A DNA stretch of 64,000 nucleotides, taken from Candidatus Latescibacterota bacterium (GTDB taxonomy: Bacteria > Latescibacterota > UBA2968 > GCA-2709665). Positions 52,195 through 62,433 of the stretch are shown one piece after another. Position numbers and translations under genes: made by a program. The notes below the pieces were generated by a model, which was not told the origin of the DNA, searched no databases, and was given only the letters and a program-made list of their open reading frames with translations. How positions within the stretch are numbered: the first letter of the stretch is position 1; each line of letters begins with the position of its first letter. Location: contig OZ250150.1 in the NCBI GenBank assembly GCA_965237675.1, positions 5,504,001 through 5,568,000 of the forward strand. Direction: 5' to 3'.

Positions 52195-54136
52195 CTACGA
52201 GCCGAAAGCATCCACAAACCTGAAGAAGTCGGCGAAATCCACCGTGCCGTTCCCATCCAGGTCAAAGCGAGGGTCCGAGCCGCCGTACGCATCGGCAAAG
52301 AGGAAGAAGTCGACGAAATCGGTCCGCCCGTCGCCGTTGAAGTCTGTTGCCGCCAGTCCCTGGGCTACTGGGGCACCCGTTTTGGCGGGCGACCAGGGGC
52401 CTTCGCCCGCATCGCTGATCGCCCGCACCTGCAGGTCGTACTGCGTACCGCCTGCCAGGCCGGTCACCTCGTGGCTCAGCGCACCGGAACCTGTCGTCCA
52501 GATGTCCTGCGCCACAGTCCAGTTAACGTCGGCCTTGTCAGGGGCGTCGCTGCGGATGTAGCGCAGGTCGTACGCAGTGATGGTGGAACCACCCGCGGAT
52601 GCCGGCGCGGCCCACGCAACCGTGATTGAGCCCACCCCGGGAGTCATTGAAGGGATGTCTGGGGCAACGAGAGTCTGGTTAACGGAACGAGGAGGGTGAT
52701 CTTTGAGGACGGGATATTGGGATGCGGTGCCAAAATCCCACGGGTCGTCAGCGGATCCATCTCCATCCAAGTCCACGTTCCAGTCAGCGTAGATGCCGGT
52801 GTACCCCATAGGCGACCGCAGTTCGTGCGTGGTCTTGCCAATGCCACCCTGACTGCTGACCTGCCCGGTCGTTTGAGTATCCCAGTAACTGTCGGAAATG
52901 ACACCGTTATCCCAGTTCGCATCAAGTAGGCCGCTTCCATCAGACACCCTGCCGGTGGCATAGCTGACGGTGATGCTGCCAGAGCTCGTTCCGACCAATC
53001 CTCCGAAAAAGTCGCCCCTTCCGGACACGTCACCAGTGGCATGACTGGCGGTGATCATGCCAGCGTTATTATCGCCAACCAAGCCGCCGACATCAGCATA
53101 GCCGTTGCCGGACACAGGGCCGGTCGCATAGCTGTCGGTTATGGTGCCACCACGATTGGCGCCGACCAGTCCACCGAAGTTATCACTATGGCCTGACACG
53201 TCGCTTGCAGAATGGCTGGTAGTTATGGTGCCATAGTTTTGTCCAACTAGGCCACCACCATCGGTGTAGCAGGTCCGGCTGGAGCCGCCAATGTAGATAC
53301 CAGTCAGATCCTCGAAAAGGTCGCGCAATCCGCCACCGCCGGTTCCTCTCGCACTGAGCACCCCGCCAGTGGAGTAACTGCTGTCGATGATTCCCGCATT
53401 CGTCCCAACCAATCCGCCTATGTTGTCAAAACAACCGCCCACGATACCACTGGAAAAGCTGTTTGCGATGGTGCCGCTGTTCTTACCAACCAATACGCCG
53501 CCATCTCCGTATCCGGATCCCGCCACGGTCGCAGAGACCAACCCAGTCCCGTTTGATAACCGAATTTGCGTGCGTAACTGAGAACAATCCGGTCCCGGTT
53601 CTCCCTTTTATGTACAAATTGGAAATAGTGTAGCCATTCCCGTCGAAAGTAGCCGCAAACGGAAGGCTACGGTTTCCGATAGGCAGCCATCCTGCACCAT
53701 TGTTCCAATAAGCATCGCCTTCGTCGGGTGTGCCATTTCCGTTGCTGTCAAAATCCAGGTCGGCGGTTAGCTCGTAGCCGATGCAACCGGACGCGGGACA
53801 GCCCATACCGGGAGACGCGTCAGGGAAGGCAATCGCGTAGTCGGTGCGTGATGATGCACCATCGCCGTCCAAGTCCCATCGTAACGCGTTCAATTGCGCC
53901 AGGTTGGACACTTCAATGAGTCCATCATCGTCCGTGTCGTAATCCCCCGTGTGGTTCGTATGAGGTGATGTGGCGCCAGTGGTGATCTTTAGAGATTGGT
54001 CCGGAAGCTGCTTGATGATGTTACCGAGGATAATACTTCCATTCCTCACGTGAACGACATCTTTCGTCGGTCTCGCAAATGACGTCGAGGTCACCAGAAA
54101 AGCGGTCAGGCACGCGACGATGATGAAACGCGGCAT
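52195..54136 (-). pseudogene. GLUG-motif protein + FN3 + class-B tag, split by a +1 frameshift
   Basis: ORFs 53483-54136 and 52195-53541 join (IKR-TGLVSATV) if one G is removed at ~53548-53550. The N-part is homologous to the N-terminus of the 1472-aa protein. Confidence 0.8.
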
Positions 54137-54409
54137 ATTTCAGTCCTTTATTTAATATGCCTCTTAGGAAGCCGTCGCAAACTCGTTCTGATCCCATACG
54201 AGCGCTTTCTGGATTCCTGCGTTCGTAACAGCGACAGCGATTTACCTCTCAAATTGATGCGGATACGGCTGTTGGTCGCGATATATGAGAAACAGCTTCC
54301 ACAATAATCCCGCCAAAGAAAGGCCGGGTTCTATCCTACTCAATCAACGGCGTTCCCGGTCGCCGTCAACGGGTGTGCAACCGGAAAATCGTGTTTGGAT
54401 TCTCCGTGA

Positions 54410-54710
54410 CGTCAGCGCGGCGAGTCTGTACGTCATTGTGCTCTCGTCCATCACCAGCCGCTAGAGATAGACCCCGCTCTGTCCCAGGGAACCGCCGGCG
54501 TCGTCGCGGACGTACCAGTGGAGGCGGTGCAGGACCCGTCTCACGCTTACCCGTCAGGGCGAACAATCCGCCAGGTTGGAACCGGTTCCCGCAGAAACCA
54601 GGATCGACAGTCTCGCTGTCAGAGGGTTTGGGTGCGTTCTGCCAAAACTGGGGACACGCGGGCACAACCTTCATCGTCTTGGCCGCCACCACGCAACTGT
54701 GAGCCCGCAC
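54410..54710 (-). pseudogene. Decayed T9SS type A/FlgD-Ig C-terminal domain remnant
   Basis: Across frames: PQFWQNAPKPSDSETV / SWFLREP / LFALTGKR / HRLHWYVRDDAGGSL..SGVYL*RLV. Confidence 0.7.
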
Positions 54711-55324
54711 CTACGCACCGAACGCATCCACAAACTTGAAAAAGTCCGCGAAATTTACCGTACCGTTGCCGTCCAGATCAAAACGCGCATCGGTACCGCC
54801 GAACGCATCGGCAAACAGGAAGAAGTCGATAAAGTCGGTCCTCCCGTCGCCATTGAAATCCGTCGTCGCTTGATCCTGCGCCAGGGGCGTTACGGTATGC
54901 CACGCCGACCATGGGCTTTCGTTAGAACCGCTTACCGCCCGCACCTGTACGTCGTACTGCTCGCCACCGGCCAGACCGGTCAACTGGTGGCTCAGCGCCC
55001 CGGATCCGGTCGTCCAGACGTCCTCAACCACGGTCCAGTTCGCGTCGGCCTTGTCTGGGGCGTTGCTGCGGACGTAGCGCAGATCGTAGGCAGTGACGGC
55101 TGAGCCGCCCTCGTTCGTTGGCGCTGTCCATGTAATGGTGAACGAGCCACGACCGGCCGTCACCGCAAGGATATCGGGCGCGCCCGGTGGGGAGATGTTC
55201 GTGGAAGGCATATTGTAGGCATAGATCTTAAGGTCAAAATCATCCGCCACCCACATGGTCGTGCCGTCCGACCAGATCCCCTCCGGGTTGTCGTTGCCGG
55301 CGGCGCCCAGCGAATTGAAATCTT

Positions 55325-57140
55325 GAGTCTACTCCGAAAAGTCATATTTACTTATCCGGGAAAAAGTACTAAATTCGAGGTGTGTACGAGTCACAATATT
55401 TCAGATAACGGGTCGGTAAAAAGAGCGAGGGACAGGACGGATGTTTAAAAGAAGCGGCACATGCAGCCAACCGGATCTATTTTCCATCTTCGAGTCGCAT
55501 TTCAAAGGCGCTAAACAGGACCGGTTGAATGAACCGACGGCCTGGCATAATCTGTTTTGCCAGCACATCACGTCAAAGATAGATGAGGATGTGTTTTCTG
55601 TGTTGTTTGATCCCAACATCGGCCGACCCAATGCCCCGATTCGTCACCTGGTGTCGATGATGATCTTGAAGGAGGGCTTTGGGTGGAGCGATGCCCAACT
55701 TTTCGAGCATTGTCGGTTCAACATTCTGGTGATGCGGGCATTGGGGTTGATGAATCTGTCTGATGACGTGCCTGCGGAGTCCACGTATTATCTGTTCAAG
55801 CAGTCTTTGTATGCGGATCAACTGAAAAGGGGTCGAGATCTGATTGGAGAGACCTTTTTCAGCTTAACCAAGACGCAGGCCAAGGCCTTTGGTGTGTTGG
55901 GTCAGCAGATCCGAATGGACAGTAAGTTGATCGGCTCGAACATTGCCCTGTGTTGTCGGTTGCAGTTGGTGGTGAGTTGCTTACAAGCGTTCTGGGGATC
56001 GTTGGACAAGGACCAAAAGCGACGATTATCGGCAAGAAATCGGCAGGTTTTGGACGCATTGCTCAAGGGGAAGCCCCATCAGGCTGTCTATGGTCTCACC
56101 AGCGGTGAAAAGGGCGAGAAGTTACAGGAATCAGGGCAGTTATTGAGCAGGCTTCAAGAGACCTATACCGACAAAGACAGCGATCAATATGGTCTGATCG
56201 TGCGTATTTTTGGGGACCAATATACCGTTTTATCGTCCTGTAAAAAGGTGCTTCCTAAGCCTCCTAAGGAGATCTGTTCCTCCTCCTTGCAGTCTGCCCA
56301 TGATGAAGATGCGGCCTTTCGCAGGAAAGGCGAGGATAAGGTGAAAGGGTATAGTGTCAACCTCACCGAGACCTGCGGTGAGGATCATCTCAATTTGGTC
56401 ACGGATGTTGACGTGAAACCGGCGACGACCCCCGACAACGCGTTTGTCCAACCTGCCATCGAGCGGACACAACAGGTGGTGGGTGCGATTCGGGAGGTGT
56501 CGATGGATGGGGCCTATAATGATCAATCCAACGCTGAGTATGCAAACAAACAGGACAAGCAATTCTATTACAGTGGCCTGCAAGGAACGCCGGGGCGCTT
56601 CGTTTATGAACGGACAAAAGAAGGCGTCGACGTCATCGACTCACAAAGCGGAGAGGTTCAGCTTGCCCAAGAATACAAACCGGGAAAATACAAAATCATC
56701 ATTGATGGCAAACCCCGATACTTTAAACCACAGCATATCGACAATTACCTCAAACGCAAACAGATTGAAGCCCTGCCTGCCCACATCAGAAACCGACGCA
56801 ATAACGTCGAAGCCAGTATCTTCCAGTTGAGCTATTACACCAAAGATGGCAAGACGCGCTATCGCGGACTGATGCCACACCAATTGTGGGCCTGGTGTCG
56901 TGGCCTATGGATCAATCTGGTTCGGATCCAGAATGACCTCACACAACCCCCGATGCTTCCCGTATAAGGGGGGATTCTTATGCACAACCTTCCCCCAATA
57001 CACGGCGAGCAACCTTGTAAACTGCCTCTGAGTTGATGTGCCGCCCGCAGATGCACAATCCCCGCGCATCGCTACATCTCAATACACAACGCTGACACCT
57101 GACACGAAATCTTCCTGAACCCCCTTCTCGGAGTGGACTC
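55325..57140 (+). mobile_element. Insertion sequence, 1816 bp (ISNCY/ISDol1-like or IS1182/IS5-like DDE)
   Basis: Terminal inverted repeats GAGTCTACTCCGAAAAG / CTTCTCGGAGTGGACTC (15/17); 6-bp direct repeat AATCTT at 55319-55324 and 57141-57146. Confidence 0.92.
55441..56967 (+). CDS. DDE transposase
   Basis: GRPNAP...ILKE..WSD (DUF772-like), RMDS, SAHDEDAAFR.K, DGAY, RNNVEA. Confidence 0.9.
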   Translation: MFKRSGTCSQPDLFSIFESHFKGAKQDRLNEPTAWHNLFCQHITSKIDEDVFSVLFDPNIGRPNAPIRHLVSMMILKEGFGWSDAQLFEHCRFNILVMRALGLMNLSDDVPAESTYYLFKQSLYADQLKRGRDLIGETFFSLTKTQAKAFGVLGQQIRMDSKLIGSNIALCCRLQLVVSCLQAFWGSLDKDQKRRLSARNRQVLDALLKGKPHQAVYGLTSGEKGEKLQESGQLLSRLQETYTDKDSDQYGLIVRIFGDQYTVLSSCKKVLPKPPKEICSSSLQSAHDEDAAFRRKGEDKVKGYSVNLTETCGEDHLNLVTDVDVKPATTPDNAFVQPAIERTQQVVGAIREVSMDGAYNDQSNAEYANKQDKQFYYSGLQGTPGRFVYERTKEGVDVIDSQSGEVQLAQEYKPGKYKIIIDGKPRYFKPQHIDNYLKRKQIEALPAHIRNRRNNVEASIFQLSYYTKDGKTRYRGLMPHQLWAWCRGLWINLVRIQNDLTQPPMLPV

Positions 57141-57947
57141 AATCTTTGGAAGGGAAATGCTCCCTGGACGTCATGTCATAGGCATACAGCTTCTCGTCAA
57201 AGTCGTCTGCTACCCACATCGTCGCACCGTCCGACCAGATGCCCGTCGGGCTGTCGTTTCCGGCGGCGTCCAGAGTATTGAAGTCTTTGGAAGGAACACG
57301 CTCCCTGGACGTCATGTCGTAGGCATACAGCTTTTCGTCGTCGAATTCGTCCGCTACCCACATGGTCGTCCCGTCCGACCAGATGCCGTCGACGGTTCGA
57401 TTCCCAGCAGCAGCACGCAGCGTGTTGAAGTCCTTGACCGCGTTCCACCCGTATGCGGTGGTGACGCTACGGCCAACGGTGACTACGTATTTTCTTGTCG
57501 TCCGACCATCATTTGCCGTCACAGTTATGGCGACGTCATTTCTACCCTCCGACAAGGCGACCGAATGCGCGGCGCCGCTTGTGACCTGGCTTCCGTTGAC
57601 GTCGATTGCAGCGCCTGAATTGTTGGCCGTGGGCGTTACCGTAACCTGAGTCACATCGTTGGCGACCCCCACGTGGTAGGATGTCACTTCGCCGTCAAAA
57701 CCGGTGATGGGTACCGGGCTGACGGTGAGTCCGCTCAGTGTGGCATCCGAGGATGCCTGCCCGTAACCGGTACCGGGCAAGGCGAGGTATAGCAAAATCA
57801 GGACGCAAAATTCGTGATTGGCACCTGACAACTTCATAAGGCTGCTCCCCCCTCCGGCAAACCGCCGGAATCCGAGCGCGGCCTCCTGCATTCGGAGTGC
57901 CGCAGACCGAGCATCTCCTGGACCATCGCGACTACCCTAACCCACAT

Positions 57948-60900
57948 TTACGTTCCGAACGCGTCGACAAATTTGAAAAAGTCGGCGAAATCCACGGTGC
58001 CGTTGCCGTCCAGGTCAAAGCGCGCGTCCGTGCCGCCGTACGCATCGGCAAAAAGGAAGAAATCCACGAAATCGGTCCGGCCGTCGCCGTTGAAGTCCGT
58101 TGCTGCACCTGTCGTACCGCCACTAGACGGCATATTGTAGGCATATATCTTCGAACTGTAATGCCTGATACGGTCCCCTGCATTATTGGAAGTTCGACGT
58201 TCGTAGTTTGCCACCCACATTGTCGTTCCATCGGACCAGACACCGCTGGGTTCTTCGTTTCCGGCAGCAGTCAGCCCGTCGAAGTCCTTGGTTTCGTCAC
58301 GGGCCTTGGTCGCCATGTCGTAGGCGTAGACTTTGTCGTCTCCTACCTGATTCACTCCCCGATCTTCCACCACCCACATCGTCGTACCGTCCGACCAGAT
58401 GCCGGCTAATTGGCCGATGACGCCGCTTAAGTTGTTGAAGTCCTTTGCTGCGTCACGGACTTTCGTTGCCAGGTTGTAGGCGTAAATCTTGTCGTCCTGC
58501 GAATCCACCACCCATAAGGTCGCGCCGTCCGACCAGAGGCCGGTCGGATATTGGTTCCCGGCTGCGCCTAGCGTGTTGAAGTCCTTGCTCCGGTCATGAG
58601 ATTTGGTGGCGATGTTGTAGGCGTAGATCCTTTCGTCACCCGGGTCAGCTATCCACATCGTCTTCCCGTCGGACCACATTCCCCGGGGGCTCGTGTTTCC
58701 AACGGGTCCCAGCGTATCGAAGTCCTTTCCGGGATCCCTAACCCTGGTGGACCTGTTGTAGGCGTAGAGTTTCTCATCCGCCAGGTCGGAAACCCAAATT
58801 GTGGTACCGTCCGACCAGAGGCTGGTGGGGTAGTCGTTTTCCGCGGCGTTCAGGGTGTTGAAGTCTTCAACGGCGTTCCACCCATACTCGGTGCTGACGC
58901 TCCGTCCTACGGTTACGGTATATACCCTGGTAGTCCGACCATCATCGGCCGTCACAGTTAAGGTGACATCATTTCGCCCCTCTGACAGCGAGATGGAATG
59001 CGCGGCGCCGCTGGCGATGCTGCTCCCATCGAGGTCAATAATGGCACCTGGCTGGTTAACGGTAGGCATGACCCAGACCTGCGTGACGTCGTTGGTCACA
59101 CCCAGATGATAGGCCGTCACGTCACGCGAGAAGCTCATGATGTGATCTGGAATGACCGTCAGCCCACTCAGCGTGGCATCTGCACGGCTGGGCATGTTGT
59201 AGGAGAATATTCTATTCTTCCCTGAATCCGCCACCCACATGGTCTCGCCGTCGGACCAGATGCCCCTAGGACTCGTATTGCCGGCAGCCTTCAGGGTATT
59301 GAAGTCCTTTGAGGCGTTGCGGGACCACCCGGTGTACGCGTATAGCTTAGGCGGGTCTCCCAGATCCGCCACCCACATCGTGTTGCCGTCGGTCCAGATG
59401 CCCGCCGGAAAGTTGTTTCCCGCAACCACCAAAGTGTTGTAGTCGAAGTGAGTGAGTCGCTGTTTTGTATGCCGTTGGTATGCGTATATTTTGTCATCTG
59501 AGCTGTCTGCGACATAAATTCCACCAATGTAGATCGTGATGCCCGTCGGAACGGTATTTCCGGCAGCGGTCAAAAGGTCTATTTCCTTACTCGAATCCCG
59601 CGCGTAACTGGACATCTTGTAGGCATATATCTTGGCATCACGAACGTCCGCGACATACATCGTCGTGCCGTCCGACACAATACCCCTGGGAGAGTTGTTT
59701 CCCCAGGTTCCAAGTGTATGGAATCCATCAATACCCCGCATCTTCGTGGACATGCTGTAACTACACAGGTTCGCTCCTATGTTGTCGTTGCCAGTCGCGC
59801 AGGCAACCCACATCGTGGTGCCGCTCGACCAGATGCCGCGAGGAGTGACACCGCTATCGAGCCCAAGGTCGTTGAAGTCATCAGTAACCTTCCAGCCGAA
59901 GGGGGCGTTGGAGCCCCTGTCGGCGGTGACGGTGTACTCCCTTGTCGTCGTGCCGTCCTGTGCGGTCACCGTGATGGTAATCACGTTCCGCCCTTCCGCG
60001 AGCGAGACGGCGTGACCCGATCCGCTGGAGACCGAGCTTCCATTAATGTCAATGGTTGCCGTATTGACTCTAGGGTAGGATGCAACGGTAACCTGGGTGA
60101 CTTCGTTAGCCACGCCAATGTGATAGGACAGCACATACGGGCGGAATACGATAGGCGCCGGGCCGATGGCAAGTTGGCTGAGGGCAACATCCGGAAAGGG
60201 CATCTGGTAGACGTATACCTTCTCCGTGTCTTCGTCCGCCACCCAAATGGTCTCACCGTCCGACCAAATGCCTCGCTGTCTGGTGTTCGTCCCGCCAGCC
60301 ACGATATCGATGTCCCTGGAACTGTCGCGGGACCGGTCGGACATCCTGTAGGCGTATATCTTGTCGTCATTCCCATCGACCACCCACATCGTCTCCCCGT
60401 CCGACCAGATGCCGGCCTCGGGCCAGTCGTTTCCAGCTGCCTGTAAGGAATTGAAGTCTCTTCCGCTGAGATAATAGCTCCCGTCCGACAGCCTGTACGC
60501 GTACAGTTTGGCGCTGATATCGGTGACCCACATCGTCTCTCCGTCCGACCAGATACCGAATGGCCGATCATTGGCCGATGCCAGGCTGAAGTCCCGGGCA
60601 CTGTCGCGGGACCGGTCGGACATCCTGTAGGCGTATATCTTGTCGTCATCCCCATCGACCACCCACATCGTCTCTCCGTCCGACCAGATACCGAATGGCC
60701 GATCATTGGCCGATGCCAGACTGAAGTCCCGGGGGTTATCTCGGCTTCCATCCGACAGGCGATACGCGTACAGCCGGGCGTCAAAGTAGTCAGCGACCCA
60801 CATCGTCTCGCCGTTGGACCAGATTCCTGCCGCCTGGGTATTGCCGCCGTCAAGCGTGAAGCTGGAATGAGTCACGACCGGCGGCGTGGTGGCGACAGCC

Positions 60901-62342
60901 CGCTGCTCACCGAATTCACGCCAGGTGGCAGTGCCGTCGCCGTCGAAGTCCGCCCGCAGCGCCGGGTAATCCGACGCAGTCTCGAAGTCCCAGGGATCGT
61001 CCCCGCCGGTGGTCGCGTCGCGGTCGCCGTCCGCGTTGTCCAGGTCCAGGTTCCAGCTGGCATAGATGCCCGTGTAGCCGGTCGGCGTCTGTAACTCCAG
61101 GGTCGTCTTGCCCTCTCCGCCGGCGCTCGACACCTTTCCGGAGGTCGTGGTATTCCAATAGCTGTTGCTGATGCCGCCGTCCCTGTCCCCCCCTACCAGC
61201 CCGCCGACATCGCTTCCTGTACTCGTCACCCAACCCGTCGCATAGCTGGCCCGGATATAACCGGATTGGTTATACCCCACCAGCCCGCCGACAAAGTCGT
61301 CGCCGGTCACGGCACCCGTGGCGTAACTCGCCCAGATGCTGGTGTCATTCTGCCCCGCAAGTCCGCCGACATTGGTTTTGCCGGTCACCGACCCGGTCGC
61401 ATAGCAGACCGCGATGCTGCCGCCGTTGTGAAGCCCCACCAGCCCGCCGACATACGACTGATTGCCCAAACCTTTCACCGACCCCGTCGCGTAGCTTGCC
61501 TGGATGCTGCCGTAGTTATACCCCGCCAGCCCACCGACCCGTCCATGGCTGGCCGAGCCGGTCACCGACGCCGTCGCATAACTGGCGACGATGCTGCTGC
61601 CGCTGTCGCTGGGGCCGCCGTTCCTCCCGACCAGCCCCCCGACTTCACTGCTTCCCGTTCCCGTACTTGTCACCGACCCCGTCACGTAGCTCCCGGTGAT
61701 GATGCCGGCGTTCTTCCCCGCCAGCCCACCGACAATGATACCCCGTCCCGAGCCTGTCACCGCGACCTCTCGAACCCCCACGTTTCGCACCCGCCCGCCG
61801 TTGCCGACGACCCCGAACAGTCCGATCCGACTGGAGGAACGAATGATGTACAAATGGGAGATGGTGTGACCATTGCCGTCGAACGTGGCGACGAATTCGT
61901 TGCCGGTACCGGCGCTCCCGATAGGCTCCCAGCCCCGGCCACGGTTCCAGTATTCGTCGGCCGCATCCACATCGCCATCGCCGTCGGTGTCGAAGTCCAG
62001 GTCGCCATTCAGTTCGTACCCCGTACAGACGGGGACGTCCGGAGTGGCGGAATGCCCGTCGTGGTCTGCGAGGGCGCAACCCATGCTCGCCGCGGCGTCG
62101 GGGAACGCCGTGGTATAGGCGACTGCGTTCGTGCCGTTGTCCACCGTACCGTCGCCGTTCAGGTCCCATCGGATGGTGTTCAACTGAGCCAGATTGTCGA
62201 TCTCGATCAGGCCGTCGCCGTCGCTGTCGTAGGAAACTGCGGCCTCTACGGCCGGTGGCGACGCGAGCAGAAGAGCGGTGCACAAGGCCGGCAACCCTGG
62301 TACCAGGAGGGAGAATCCGTGATTCACATCTGAGGTCTTCAT
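57948..62342 (-). CDS. Secreted GLUG + GIWSDG repeats + cadherin-like beta-sandwich + class-B tag protein
   Basis: YDSDGDGLIEI N-domain, VGGLVG/SYATG repeats, many GIWSDG repeats, two TVTA.DG.TT..YTVT Ig modules, tail. Confidence 0.9.
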   Translation of the reverse strand: MKTSDVNHGFSLLVPGLPALCTALLLASPPAVEAAVSYDSDGDGLIEIDNLAQLNTIRWDLNGDGTVDNGTNAVAYTTAFPDAAASMGCALADHDGHSATPDVPVCTGYELNGDLDFDTDGDGDVDAADEYWNRGRGWEPIGSAGTGNEFVATFDGNGHTISHLYIIRSSSRIGLFGVVGNGGRVRNVGVREVAVTGSGRGIIVGGLAGKNAGIITGSYVTGSVTSTGTGSSEVGGLVGRNGGPSDSGSSIVASYATASVTGSASHGRVGGLAGYNYGSIQASYATGSVKGLGNQSYVGGLVGLHNGGSIAVCYATGSVTGKTNVGGLAGQNDTSIWASYATGAVTGDDFVGGLVGYNQSGYIRASYATGWVTSTGSDVGGLVGGDRDGGISNSYWNTTTSGKVSSAGGEGKTTLELQTPTGYTGIYASWNLDLDNADGDRDATTGGDDPWDFETASDYPALRADFDGDGTATWREFGEQRAVATTPPVVTHSSFTLDGGNTQAAGIWSNGETMWVADYFDARLYAYRLSDGSRDNPRDFSLASANDRPFGIWSDGETMWVVDGDDDKIYAYRMSDRSRDSARDFSLASANDRPFGIWSDGETMWVTDISAKLYAYRLSDGSYYLSGRDFNSLQAAGNDWPEAGIWSDGETMWVVDGNDDKIYAYRMSDRSRDSSRDIDIVAGGTNTRQRGIWSDGETIWVADEDTEKVYVYQMPFPDVALSQLAIGPAPIVFRPYVLSYHIGVANEVTQVTVASYPRVNTATIDINGSSVSSGSGHAVSLAEGRNVITITVTAQDGTTTREYTVTADRGSNAPFGWKVTDDFNDLGLDSGVTPRGIWSSGTTMWVACATGNDNIGANLCSYSMSTKMRGIDGFHTLGTWGNNSPRGIVSDGTTMYVADVRDAKIYAYKMSSYARDSSKEIDLLTAAGNTVPTGITIYIGGIYVADSSDDKIYAYQRHTKQRLTHFDYNTLVVAGNNFPAGIWTDGNTMWVADLGDPPKLYAYTGWSRNASKDFNTLKAAGNTSPRGIWSDGETMWVADSGKNRIFSYNMPSRADATLSGLTVIPDHIMSFSRDVTAYHLGVTNDVTQVWVMPTVNQPGAIIDLDGSSIASGAAHSISLSEGRNDVTLTVTADDGRTTRVYTVTVGRSVSTEYGWNAVEDFNTLNAAENDYPTSLWSDGTTIWVSDLADEKLYAYNRSTRVRDPGKDFDTLGPVGNTSPRGMWSDGKTMWIADPGDERIYAYNIATKSHDRSKDFNTLGAAGNQYPTGLWSDGATLWVVDSQDDKIYAYNLATKVRDAAKDFNNLSGVIGQLAGIWSDGTTMWVVEDRGVNQVGDDKVYAYDMATKARDETKDFDGLTAAGNEEPSGVWSDGTTMWVANYERRTSNNAGDRIRHYSSKIYAYNMPSSGGTTGAATDFNGDGRTDFVDFFLFADAYGGTDARFDLDGNGTVDFADFFKFVDAFGT

Positions 62343-62433
62343 GAGTCTATTCCTTATCCTTGGCACGATGCGGTGGATAGTGCGCCTCTCGCTGCAAACG
62401 CGGTCCGATGGAATCCGCGCTCAACGCTTGAAT

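Larger units (their letters stand above)
54711..57837 (-). pseudogene. Cadherin-like Ig + GIWSDG repeats + FN3 + class-B tag protein, interrupted by an IS
   Basis: Removing the IS and one copy of AATCTT restores the frame ...FPSKDFNSLGAAGNDNPEGIW... Confidence 0.9.

Noticed and set aside
54366-54710. 114-aa ORF as a real gene
   Set aside because: Its motifs are spread over different frames with an internal stop. It is better explained as a decayed CTD.
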